This document shows, piece after piece, positions 8,611 to 16,940 of a stretch of DNA of 42,524 nucleotides. Under the pieces are notes generated by a model. It was given only the letters and a program-made list of their open reading frames with translations, did not search any database and was not told where the DNA came from. The position numbers were made by a program, and so were the translations under genes. The stretch lies in the UHGV virus genome UHGV-0037043; one strand, 5' to 3'. Each line of letters begins with the position of its first letter. The stretch's first letter is position 1. Source of the DNA: a virus.

Positions 8611-10676
8611 TGAGCCAAAATTACGATTTTTTAAGAACATTTACTTTTAATGGAAAAGAAACAAATCATCTGTTTCAAATTGCAAAGTTGAACATTCCTT
8701 TTTTATCAAAAGAAAACGAGTTTTTTCAAGTGGGAAATACAGACGGCAAACATTTTCGCAGTACACGTCTGGGAGATTACTCAATATCCATTGATGGTTT
8801 CGTTATAAAAGATAATACAGGTATGAGTGTTTCAGATGCACTAGATGAGTTAAAAGCCCTATTAAACTCAGATGAACCTAAGCAGTTGATTTTTGACATT
8901 TTTCCAGATAGATATTTCAATGCAATCTTTAGCGGTGTACAAGAATATGATGCGACTAATTTGGACTATACACCACTCACATTAGTGTTTGATGTACCTG
9001 ACGCCTTGGCACATCAAATTAACCCATCTGGTTTCTCCAATGCAATCAGTGACACATTGAATTTAGTGTTAGACAGTGAGTTTAACACTACAATGAAATA
9101 CATGGCTCCTTGGGTAATTAAGTTGGATGAACAATATAGTGGGTCAAATATCGTAAGAGCTGATTTCTCAAACGGAACACCACTTGACGAACCTGTGAGA
9201 AACGACCACTGGTTATATAAGACATGGACATTAAGTAGAAAACCTGCAGGGTTAAAGGTAGGAGATAAAGTAGCTATATCAGCTCACATTAGACTTAACT
9301 CAGTGAGTGATAATAACGTATACGCTGGGTCAGTAGTATTAGAAGAGTTTACAGATGGTAAGAAAAATAATACTAACCACTTCATAAGATTACCAAACGC
9401 AACAACGACTGACTTTGTACAATACTCAGGTGTGTTTGAGATTACCAACCCTAAAACAAATGGTATTGCGTTATCAGTTGGAGTATATGGAGAAGGCACT
9501 AGCCTTGATTTGAGTAAGCCATTAATGGCATTATCTGACACTGTACCAACGTACGTTGCTAGTAGTGAAAGTTATGGAGATGTAATCAATGTAATCAACA
9601 ATGGAACCTATAAAGCCTACCCCCAATTTGAGTTCACAATGAATGGAGAAAATGGACTTGTCGCAGTATTAAACGAAAATGGAAATGTATTACAGTTTGG
9701 GAATCCAGAAGATGTTGACGGAACTGTAGCTACACGTTTAGACATGGGACTTAAAGAAAGTTTTTGGGGTAAGACAATGCCGTCTGAGTTAATAGTCAAC
9801 ACTGGTTTTGATTCAGTAGTACCTAACTTTAACAACAATCCAGCGACACCTAATCTGGTAGATGGTAGCTTTGATATGGAAACATATGTAGATGCGATTA
9901 GACCAGTGTTTCCACAAATTAGTCAAGAAGTATGGCATGGTCCTACCATGATATTACCAATTACAGCACCTACAAACAATGATAGAAGTGGTAGCTTTGG
10001 AGCTCATACACGTTTTTATTTTAGAAATATCAACAAAGGAGAGCGTGGACGTTTAGAGTTTGCAGTAAATGATGAGACTGGCGCAAATGCAATGACCTTT
10101 ATTGTACGTGATAGTTCTATTGCAAACACTGAGATTGTTTTAGAAATGTGGTATAAGAAAAAGAAATTGAACCAGGTTAGTCTTGATAGAAAAGTATTTA
10201 AGAAAGATTTCTTTGAGGTTAACATGGAACGCTTTGGAAACACATTAACTTGGCGTTTTGTTCAAATCAATAGTTTAAACAAATATGAAAATGTAGTAGT
10301 AGATAAACAATATAAGTTTACTTGGGAATTAGAAGAGGATGATACTACAAAGTTCACAACAACTGGAGTATGGTTCATGCGTTACGGAAACACACCTCAC
10401 AACCCAATGTACGTAACAGACATGCAGGCTAAATGGTATAATACACCATTCTTTAACAACGTGAAAAACATTTTTCAAGATGGAGATAATGTGACAATAG
10501 ATGTTCAAGAACGTTCAATCTACATCAATGGAACAATTAATAATGAACTCAACGTGGTTGGTAATGAATGGGAACAGTTTAGAATGGGTTTAGGAAGTAC
10601 AGTCATCCAACCAGTGGTCTCTAGCTGGGCTGAACCTGCTAATGTAAATGTATCACTAAGACAATCATATCTATAA
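8610..10676 (+). CDS. Distal tail protein (Dit) with a long C-terminal extension (evolved Dit, probable carbohydrate-binding modules).
   Basis: The N-terminal ~140 aa match the Dit/Sipho_tail pattern. 688 aa total. Immediately after the tape measure/HNH genes. Confidence 0.65.
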   Translation: MSQNYDFLRTFTFNGKETNHLFQIAKLNIPFLSKENEFFQVGNTDGKHFRSTRLGDYSISIDGFVIKDNTGMSVSDALDELKALLNSDEPKQLIFDIFPDRYFNAIFSGVQEYDATNLDYTPLTLVFDVPDALAHQINPSGFSNAISDTLNLVLDSEFNTTMKYMAPWVIKLDEQYSGSNIVRADFSNGTPLDEPVRNDHWLYKTWTLSRKPAGLKVGDKVAISAHIRLNSVSDNNVYAGSVVLEEFTDGKKNNTNHFIRLPNATTTDFVQYSGVFEITNPKTNGIALSVGVYGEGTSLDLSKPLMALSDTVPTYVASSESYGDVINVINNGTYKAYPQFEFTMNGENGLVAVLNENGNVLQFGNPEDVDGTVATRLDMGLKESFWGKTMPSELIVNTGFDSVVPNFNNNPATPNLVDGSFDMETYVDAIRPVFPQISQEVWHGPTMILPITAPTNNDRSGSFGAHTRFYFRNINKGERGRLEFAVNDETGANAMTFIVRDSSIANTEIVLEMWYKKKKLNQVSLDRKVFKKDFFEVNMERFGNTLTWRFVQINSLNKYENVVVDKQYKFTWELEEDDTTKFTTTGVWFMRYGNTPHNPMYVTDMQAKWYNTPFFNNVKNIFQDGDNVTIDVQERSIYINGTINNELNVVGNEWEQFRMGLGSTVIQPVVSSWAEPANVNVSLRQSYL

Positions 10677-10680
10677 GATA

Positions 10681-10707
10681 AAAGGGGTGTTAAACCCCTT
10701 TTTTTGT
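10681..10707 (+). terminator. Intrinsic terminator after Dit.
   Basis: aaagggg-tgttaaa-cccctt stem, then TTTTTTT. Confidence 0.7.
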
Positions 10708-10715
10708 GATATAAT
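10707..10715 (+). promoter_or_regulatory. Extended -10 promoter TGTGATATAAT.
   Basis: Direct reading, upstream of Tal. Confidence 0.4.
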
Positions 10716-10739
10716 ATAATAAGAAAGGAGAGGTGGTAC

Positions 10740-12143
10740 ATGAATTTTTATATAACTGATAGAACGTTTTCCTTACAAACAGTAGTGTCTACAGATGGAG
10801 CTACTGAGTTTCAAGTAATAACAACGTCTGACGAAGTAGAGTTAAGTACAGGCTCACGTAGAATGACTATGAGTCTAGCCTTTGATTACACAAACACTGG
10901 ATTAATTAAAGAAAAAACGCCTGTAGGTAACTATGTACTTTATAAAGATTTGAATAATAAATTTATTTGGATGACAATTCTAAAAGTAACACATAACCCA
11001 TTAACTGGCGTTCGTACATTAGAGTGTGAAGATGCTGGACTAGACCTTTTAAATGAAACAGTTGAAGCTAGTAAAAACAATGGTAATCACAACATAGCGT
11101 GGTACATTAATAAGTTCACTAATGATTCAGGCTTTGAAATTGGTAAAAATGAGATACCAAACTTAACTAGGACATTAGAATGGGATGGAGAGAGTACAGC
11201 ACTAGAACGTGTACTAAGTGTTGCTACACAGTTTGACAATGCAGAAATTGAGTTCTCATTTGAATTTACTGGAAACCAGTTGGTCAAACGTAAGATAGAT
11301 ATTTATAAAAAACGTGGTAAGGACACTAATTTCAAACTATATGTTAATAAGGACATTAATTCTATTGAAACAGAAGAAGACATTTATCAACTAGTTAATG
11401 CGATTAAACCATATGGTGGTACTCCTGAGGGTAAAGACCAACCTATCAATCTAATTGGTTACGACTACACTGACCCTGATGGAAGGTTTGTTGTGGACAA
11501 GACACATGGTTACGTCAAAGATACTCAAAACGTAAAACAATGGAGTAGAACAGGAACTGCTTCAAATTATTTTTTACAATATAAGACATGGACAACTACA
11601 AATCAAAAAGAATTACTTGACACAACAATTAGACACTTAAAACAATATTCTCAACCAATTACAAACTATAAGGTGGATATTGCTAACATTCCTTTTGACT
11701 TAACAGTAGGTGACTACATTTCTATTATTGATGAGAATGAGCAGTTGTTTTTAAAAAGTAGAGTACAGAAATTAACGTATGATTATACTCAAACATCTGT
11801 ACAAGCTGAACTATCTGATTTTAAAAGATTAGAAAGTGGTATTTCTCAACAATTAGCTGACTTAGCAGACAAACTAAACAATACAATCAACAGTAGTATT
11901 CCCTACGTAGTTACTATAGACCAGTCAGCACCTTTCTTTGTTAATGGAGAGGGTACTATCACATTAACCGCTAATGTAACAAAAGGAGAGTTAAACGTGA
12001 CTAGTTTATTTACAACATATGAATGGACAAGGTTAAAACTAGATGGTACACTAGATACAGATTGGAGCGCCAATGGTAGAACTATCACTATCACTGCTGG
12101 AACAGAACTACGTTACACATATATTGTAAATGCAAAAGAATAG
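10740..12143 (+). CDS. Tail-associated (Tal) baseplate protein, short form.
   Basis: 467 aa, positioned after Dit; N-terminal region resembles Tal/gp27-like domains. Confidence 0.55.
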   Translation: MNFYITDRTFSLQTVVSTDGATEFQVITTSDEVELSTGSRRMTMSLAFDYTNTGLIKEKTPVGNYVLYKDLNNKFIWMTILKVTHNPLTGVRTLECEDAGLDLLNETVEASKNNGNHNIAWYINKFTNDSGFEIGKNEIPNLTRTLEWDGESTALERVLSVATQFDNAEIEFSFEFTGNQLVKRKIDIYKKRGKDTNFKLYVNKDINSIETEEDIYQLVNAIKPYGGTPEGKDQPINLIGYDYTDPDGRFVVDKTHGYVKDTQNVKQWSRTGTASNYFLQYKTWTTTNQKELLDTTIRHLKQYSQPITNYKVDIANIPFDLTVGDYISIIDENEQLFLKSRVQKLTYDYTQTSVQAELSDFKRLESGISQQLADLADKLNNTINSSIPYVVTIDQSAPFFVNGEGTITLTANVTKGELNVTSLFTTYEWTRLKLDGTLDTDWSANGRTITITAGTELRYTYIVNAKE

Positions 12144-12155
12144 GAGATTGATAAA

Positions 12156-13103
12156 ATGGAAGTACAAGGAAAAACAGTAATTAATAATATGCAAATTGAA
12201 ACAAGCTCAGGTACAGTTTATTGGCAAGAAGAAGAACCAACCAATCCAAAAGATGGTGACACTTGGTTTAAAGTAATTAATGGTAAAGCAACAAATGCCT
12301 ACAATCGTGAAAATGGTGAATGGGTGGATGTTGAGTTTGCAAGCCAAGTTATCGCTGAGGAGCTAGTTGGTAAAATCATCACTGGTGCTGAAATTAACGG
12401 TGCTACTGTAAATGGTACCACAATCAATGGTGGTGAAGTTAATGGGGGTAGGTTCTTAAACCAGTATACTTTCTCTCAAACAAGTGGACGTATTGATGGC
12501 TTCATTGATATTAAAGATGGTGTATTAGCTGCAAGAAATGAATATATTGATGAACCTAGTGAGGTGGTTAGGCAGAATGTTGGTGTAGTTGTTCAAAATG
12601 GTGGCTTGTTTACAGATAATACTGCATATGACCCTGACGGAACACAAACATCATTTACAGGTGCCTCAATGGAAGGTGGTATATTAACACTGTCTAAGAT
12701 TGATGGCACAGGTACATTTAATGGTATGCTGGATGCTAAACTACTAGAATCAATTGGAACTATGAAGTCTAAAACAGTCAATATTCCAAACAATTCTAAC
12801 TTTGAAAACGCAAGTATTGTGTACTACAGATGGGGTCAATTTGTCATTGCTCGTTTTTACGTTGACCTATTAAAATCAGAGGGTTATGTAGGGTTAGCAG
12901 CACATAAAACAGGTTATAGACCAATCTCATTAGCTATGGCATCAGGTGTTCTACCATCAACCGCAGGTCCTAGCCGTTACTGTGTTATCTACTCTAACGA
13001 CGCTGGTTGGCGATTAATACCTTCTAAATATCCAATAGAAACATTAGGTACTATCCAAGGTTCTATCATGTACCTCACTAATGATGCTTGGCAAGATGCT
13101 TAA
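12156..13103 (+). CDS. Putative receptor-binding / tail fibre protein.
   Basis: 315 aa, last tail gene before the lysis cassette, with ...TGAEINGATVNGTTINGGEVNGG repeats. Called by synteny. Confidence 0.4.
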   Translation: MEVQGKTVINNMQIETSSGTVYWQEEEPTNPKDGDTWFKVINGKATNAYNRENGEWVDVEFASQVIAEELVGKIITGAEINGATVNGTTINGGEVNGGRFLNQYTFSQTSGRIDGFIDIKDGVLAARNEYIDEPSEVVRQNVGVVVQNGGLFTDNTAYDPDGTQTSFTGASMEGGILTLSKIDGTGTFNGMLDAKLLESIGTMKSKTVNIPNNSNFENASIVYYRWGQFVIARFYVDLLKSEGYVGLAAHKTGYRPISLAMASGVLPSTAGPSRYCVIYSNDAGWRLIPSKYPIETLGTIQGSIMYLTNDAWQDA

Positions 13104-13107
13104 CAAT

Positions 13108-13136
13108 TAAGTCCTCTTATGAGGGCTTTTTATTTG
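13108..13136 (+). terminator. Intrinsic terminator after the RBP gene.
   Basis: aagtcctc-ttat-gagggctt stem with one G-U pair, then TTTTTATTT. Confidence 0.6.
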
Positions 13137-13200
13137 TATTTAAATAGGTAATCACCTTACTTTAAAAATTTAAAGTGCTTAGAATGCTCGTGAGAGACAC
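13108..13200. repeat. Copy 1 of a ~93-bp direct repeat (terminator plus ~70 bp); copy 2 is at 14898..14992.
   Basis: About 80% identity by eye to 14898..14992. The two copies flank the lysis cassette. Confidence 0.7.
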
Positions 13201-13279
13201 ACTATTTCTCTCATATAGGTGTTATACTAGGTATATACCAGGGATGCGAGGTGGTAAATAATCTAAGAGGTGTTTTGAT

Positions 13280-13558
13280 ATGAATTTGAATGACAAAGAG
13301 TTTGTTTCATTAAAGGAACAGTTAGCACGTATTGAGGTAAAATTAGATGATATACCTGAAATAAAAGCTGACTTAAAAGAGTATGGTAGTCGCTTAGACC
13401 GTCAATCTGAAAAATCAGATAAGGCGTACAGCATGGCTATTCGTAACAGAGAGGAATTAGCTGACCTTAAAAACAGCTACACATGGTTAACACGTACCAC
13501 AGTTGGTGCTGTGATTGCAGCCCTAGTAAGTATTGGGTTATCATTATTTTTAGGATAG
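13280..13558 (+). CDS. XhlA-like protein (coiled coil plus C-terminal TM anchor), lysis-associated.
   Basis: 92 aa; an N-terminal coiled coil followed by TTVGAVIAALVSIGLSLFLG resembles the XhlA family. Directly upstream of holin and endolysin. Confidence 0.5.
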   Translation: MNLNDKEFVSLKEQLARIEVKLDDIPEIKADLKEYGSRLDRQSEKSDKAYSMAIRNREELADLKNSYTWLTRTTVGAVIAALVSIGLSLFLG

Positions 13559-13570
13559 GAGAGCGATAGT

Positions 13571-13852
13571 ATGAAAAATATTAACTGGAAAGTTCGTTTT
13601 AACAAAGACAACGTTACATTTATCATTCGTTTCGTAGCAGCATTAATCATCCCTGTGTTGGCATACTTAGGGTTAGAAGTAACAGATTTAACTAGTTGGA
13701 AACTCATTGGTGATGTATTGTTACAATTTATCAGTAATCCATTCTTACTTGGTTTAACAGTAATTAACGCATTGAATATGATTCCTGACCCAACAACTAA
13801 AGGTATCACAGATAGTGAGAAAGCACTTAACTACACAGAACCAAAGAAATAG
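13571..13852 (+). CDS. Holin (two TM segments).
   Basis: 93 aa with 2 hydrophobic helices and a charged C-terminus, immediately upstream of the endolysin. Confidence 0.55.
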   Translation: MKNINWKVRFNKDNVTFIIRFVAALIIPVLAYLGLEVTDLTSWKLIGDVLLQFISNPFLLGLTVINALNMIPDPTTKGITDSEKALNYTEPKK

Positions 13853-13867
13853 AAAGGAAGTTTTATA

Positions 13868-14896
13868 ATGGTAGAAATTATTAACAAGACAGTCACACGT
13901 GGAGTTGCAGGACGTAGAGGTGGAGCAGTCAAAGGTATTGTATTCCACAATACTTGGGGTAACTCAACAGCTAAACAGGAGGCAAATCGTTTGGCTGGTA
14001 TGAGTGGTAGTCAACTTGCAGCTGGCTTTGCACATTACTACATTGATAAAGACACGATTTGGCGTACAGAAGACACTTTCAATGGGGCTTGGCATACGGC
14101 TAACTCTGATGGTAACATGAACTATATTGGATATGAAGTATGTGGTAACGACCAAACACCACTTAAAAACTTCTTACAAGCAGAAGAAAATACGTTCTGG
14201 CAAATTGCACAAGATTTAAAATACTATGGTTTACCAGTTAACCGTAACACAATTCGGTTACACCCTGAGTTCTCAGCAACCCAATGTCCTAAACGTTCAT
14301 TGATTATTCACACTGGCTTCAACTCAACACAGGCTCAGCCAGCTAATGTAATTAACGCTATGAAGGATTATATCATTAAGAATGTTAATAAGTACTACAA
14401 CAACCCAGGTTTGAAGCCTGATGGTAAAGCACCTTCTACAGGTGGAAAGACACCTCCAAGTGGTGGGAACGTAACACCATCTAACCCTTCGCAACACGAC
14501 AAAGTAGTAGCAGCTTCACCAGCTATCACAGTGGATGGATACACAGCTAAAGAAGATTTCTTCAATACTATTGCTGGAAATAAACTACGTGCCGCAGGTT
14601 GGATGTTACCTACAAAAGGTGGCAAAGCATTCAACTACGGCTATGTGTTCATCATGGATTACAACACTGGTAAAGAGTTAGCACGCCAAATGAGTAAAGG
14701 TATTGCTAGACCTGACGTAACCAAAGCATATAATGTTAAGGGTGGTAATGCGTATGGTTTAGATTGTACGTTTGACCTTAAACACTTCAAAGGTAAAAAG
14801 GTTTATGTAATGTTCCGTAGAACCAATGATAAAGCTGGTAATACTAAGGGTGGTCATAAAGACATTAGTTTCAAAAACATCTACATGACTCTATAA
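13868..14896 (+). CDS. Endolysin: N-acetylmuramoyl-L-alanine amidase (amidase_2/PGRP-like) with a C-terminal cell-wall-binding domain.
   Basis: GIVFHNTWGN...YHYYID...CP motif pattern, a Pro/Gly/Ser linker (GGKTPPSGGNVTPSNPS), then a ~130-aa C-terminal domain. Confidence 0.8.
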   Translation: MVEIINKTVTRGVAGRRGGAVKGIVFHNTWGNSTAKQEANRLAGMSGSQLAAGFAHYYIDKDTIWRTEDTFNGAWHTANSDGNMNYIGYEVCGNDQTPLKNFLQAEENTFWQIAQDLKYYGLPVNRNTIRLHPEFSATQCPKRSLIIHTGFNSTQAQPANVINAMKDYIIKNVNKYYNNPGLKPDGKAPSTGGKTPPSGGNVTPSNPSQHDKVVAASPAITVDGYTAKEDFFNTIAGNKLRAAGWMLPTKGGKAFNYGYVFIMDYNTGKELARQMSKGIARPDVTKAYNVKGGNAYGLDCTFDLKHFKGKKVYVMFRRTNDKAGNTKGGHKDISFKNIYMTL

Positions 14897-14928
14897 AAAG
14901 AACCCTCATATGAGGGTTCTTTATTTGT
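14897..14928. terminator. Bidirectional intrinsic terminator at the convergence of late (+) and early (-) transcription.
   Basis: agaaccctc-ata-tgagggttct: perfect 9-bp stem flanked by an A-run upstream and a T-run downstream. Confidence 0.75.
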
Positions 14929-14992
14929 ATTCAAATGGGTAATTACCTTACTATGCAAATTTAAAGTCCTTAGAATCTCTCTCAGAGACACA
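14898..14992. repeat. Copy 2 of the ~93-bp direct repeat. It overlaps the 3' end of the GH13 gene and encodes its last ~17 aa.
   Basis: Aligned by eye with 13108..13200. Confidence 0.7.
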
Positions 14993-16219
14993 TAAATCTT
15001 TATAATACTGTGTTAATGCTGGATTATTATTCCAAGTTATGATTTGTCTTGCATTGTCTCTTGAAATTTTATTAGCTGTCATTTTAGCATCTTCATAAGT
15101 CATACCTAAATTGACAAAATCATTTGTCCTGCTAATGGTCTCAGGCTCTCTACTATTAACTACAGTATTTACCATTCCAGTTTCTTGTCCGTTGTAAATC
15201 AATTTATGACCATTATGTGAGAAAACCAAGTCTGCTAATTCATAGTGACTCATGTTCATCATGTCATAAGCGCATGCAATGTCATGTGATTGGATGTAGC
15301 TCACATTTGAGTCACCCAATACCTCAGACCATTCTGTCATTTTAGCAATCGCTTCTGGTACAGCTAAATCATTCCCAACACCTCTTACTTTAAAGGGTGT
15401 TAGATGTTCAAATGAGATGAGGCAATCAAAGTAACCTTTATCAATCCATTGTCTAGCCCCTACTGCGTTAATACCATTAGCTTCACCCATCAGGAAAGCG
15501 CATGGCTTAATATTGTAAATCTGATTACTTAATTGTTCTAGGTAACCCTCAAGTTTTGGTGCGCATTTATAAGGTGCTCCTTTGTCTCCTGGAGTCTTTT
15601 CAGTATCCCATGAACCTTTAGCCATATGTGTTACTGCATCAATTCTGTAGCCATCAATGTTCATTTCATTAAGCCAAAACTCGTTAATGTCTTGCCAGTA
15701 ATCCCATACGTCTGGATTGTCAAAGTTCCAATCAATTTGACCTTCTGTGAAAGCGTGGAAAACATACTTATTAATGGATGATTCATATTTCCAAGCACTG
15801 CCTCCAAAAATAGCCTCCCAATTGTTCTGTGGTTCATCATAGAAATGGAACATATCTTGACTACGTTTATCGCCCTGTAATGCTTTTTGATAGACTTCAT
15901 TTTCAATAGAACAATGGTTTATTACCAAGTCCATTAAAATCTTAATATCATTCTTATGTGCTTCTTCAATTAAGTCTTTCATATCATTTAAAGTACCAAA
16001 CTTAGGGTCAATTGATTTATAGTCTGAAACATCGTAACCATTGTCGTATCCAGATGATGGGTAACATGGACTTAACCAGAGTGCTTCGTATCCCATTTCT
16101 TTGAAGTACGGTATGTTGCTGATAATTTGTTGTAAGCCACTCCATTGTGTGGGGTAAATTTGATAGATAATCACGGTCATTTCCTCCCTATTTAAATTCG
16201 TCCCATTTATTTGGTGCAA
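14951..16219 (-). CDS. GH13 alpha-glucosidase-like glycoside hydrolase (oligo-1,6-glucosidase-like), C-terminally truncated; moron.
   Basis: GH13 regions are all present: I DLVINH, II GYRIDAV, III MGEANG, IV QSHD, plus YQIYP and WLSPCY..NGYDVSDY. At 422 aa it is ~130 aa shorter than typical family members and lacks domain C. Confidence 0.7.
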   Translation of the reverse strand: MHQINGTNLNREEMTVIIYQIYPTQWSGLQQIISNIPYFKEMGYEALWLSPCYPSSGYDNGYDVSDYKSIDPKFGTLNDMKDLIEEAHKNDIKILMDLVINHCSIENEVYQKALQGDKRSQDMFHFYDEPQNNWEAIFGGSAWKYESSINKYVFHAFTEGQIDWNFDNPDVWDYWQDINEFWLNEMNIDGYRIDAVTHMAKGSWDTEKTPGDKGAPYKCAPKLEGYLEQLSNQIYNIKPCAFLMGEANGINAVGARQWIDKGYFDCLISFEHLTPFKVRGVGNDLAVPEAIAKMTEWSEVLGDSNVSYIQSHDIACAYDMMNMSHYELADLVFSHNGHKLIYNGQETGMVNTVVNSREPETISRTNDFVNLGMTYEDAKMTANKISRDNARQIITWNNNPALTQYYKDLCVSERDSKDFKFA

Positions 16220-16409
16220 ACCCCATACTCACAACCTCATCATCTTTAAACACTACTGGAAGCGTTCTTAGATTCATAGTAAGTAACTCATTTAATCCTT
16301 CTAAGTTGTCATCTACATTAACCTCAGTGAAGGTATGTCCTTTGCCTTTAAACCAGTTCTTGGTTATTTTACACTGAACACAATTATTTTTAGTATAAAT
16401 TTTAATCAT
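16188..16409 (-). CDS. nrdH: NrdH-like glutaredoxin.
   Basis: 73 aa with MIKIYTKNNCVQCK (CVQC redox motif) and thioredoxin-fold spacing. Confidence 0.75.
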   Translation of the reverse strand: MIKIYTKNNCVQCKITKNWFKGKGHTFTEVNVDDNLEGLNELLTMNLRTLPVVFKDDEVVSMGFAPNKWDEFK

Positions 16410-16439
16410 TTTATGTTCCTCCTCTTAACTTATGAATTA

Positions 16440-16468
16440 AGTATAACACCCCAATTAAGGGGTGTCAA
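16440..16468 (-). promoter_or_regulatory. Early promoter cassette P1: TTGACA-17-TATACT with a hairpin-containing spacer ccccttaattggggtgt.
   Basis: On the minus strand: TTGACAccccttaattggggtgtTATACTtaattcataagttaagaggagg. Spacer identical to P6 and P8. Confidence 0.7.
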
Positions 16469-16472
16469 GTGT

Positions 16473-16940
16473 TTAGTCAATATAATTTTTAACCTTAAGA
16501 TTCATTGACGCTTTAAATGGTCTAGGTTCTTTAAATCCTCTTCTACCTTTATTTATACCAATAGCATATGCGTGTTTAGCATTATCTGAGTGGGAAATAT
16601 ACTCAAGATTATTAACATGATTATTTAATTTATTACCGTCTATATGATTGATATCATAACCTTTATTATTACCAATGAACGATATCATTACCAATTTGTG
16701 AACAGTAATCTGCGTTTGAAAATCTCTACCTCGTCCATCATATAATGAATAAAAGTAATATCCTGAATTTTGTAGACGAGGTTTTAGTATTCTACCATAC
16801 CTATTCATTAATCTACCATAATTAGATATCTTGTAGAATGGAAAGTCTTTTACAACTCTCCACTCCTCATCAATCAATGTAGTTTCTGACACTAGGCGTC
16901 TTGTATCCAAGTGTTTTACGTTTTGCATGTGCTTGTTCAA
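16473..16940 (-). CDS. HNH_3/AP2-type homing endonuclease overlapping the 3' end of the DNA polymerase gene.
   Basis: EEWRVVKDFPFYKISNYGRL...VHKLVMISF...DINHIDGNKLNNHVNNLEY motifs. Start uncertain: ATG 16940/16928 (70-nt overlap) or TTG 16877. Confidence 0.65.
   Translation of the reverse strand: MNKHMQNVKHLDTRRLVSETTLIDEEWRVVKDFPFYKISNYGRLMNRYGRILKPRLQNSGYYFYSLYDGRGRDFQTQITVHKLVMISFIGNNKGYDINHIDGNKLNNHVNNLEYISHSDNAKHAYAIGINKGRRGFKEPRPFKASMNLKVKNYID

Noticed and set aside
13477-14155. Minus-strand ORFs across the XhlA-like/holin/endolysin genes (13477..13809, 13754..13948, 13964..14155, 14395..14634).
   Set aside because: Antisense to coherent lysis genes; no RBS.
16421-16472. The hairpin in the P1/P6/P8 promoter spacers (cacccc-aattaa-ggggtg) as an intrinsic terminator.
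   Set aside because: No U-run follows on either strand. It sits exactly between a consensus -35 and -10, so it is read as a promoter spacer (possible operator) rather than a terminator.
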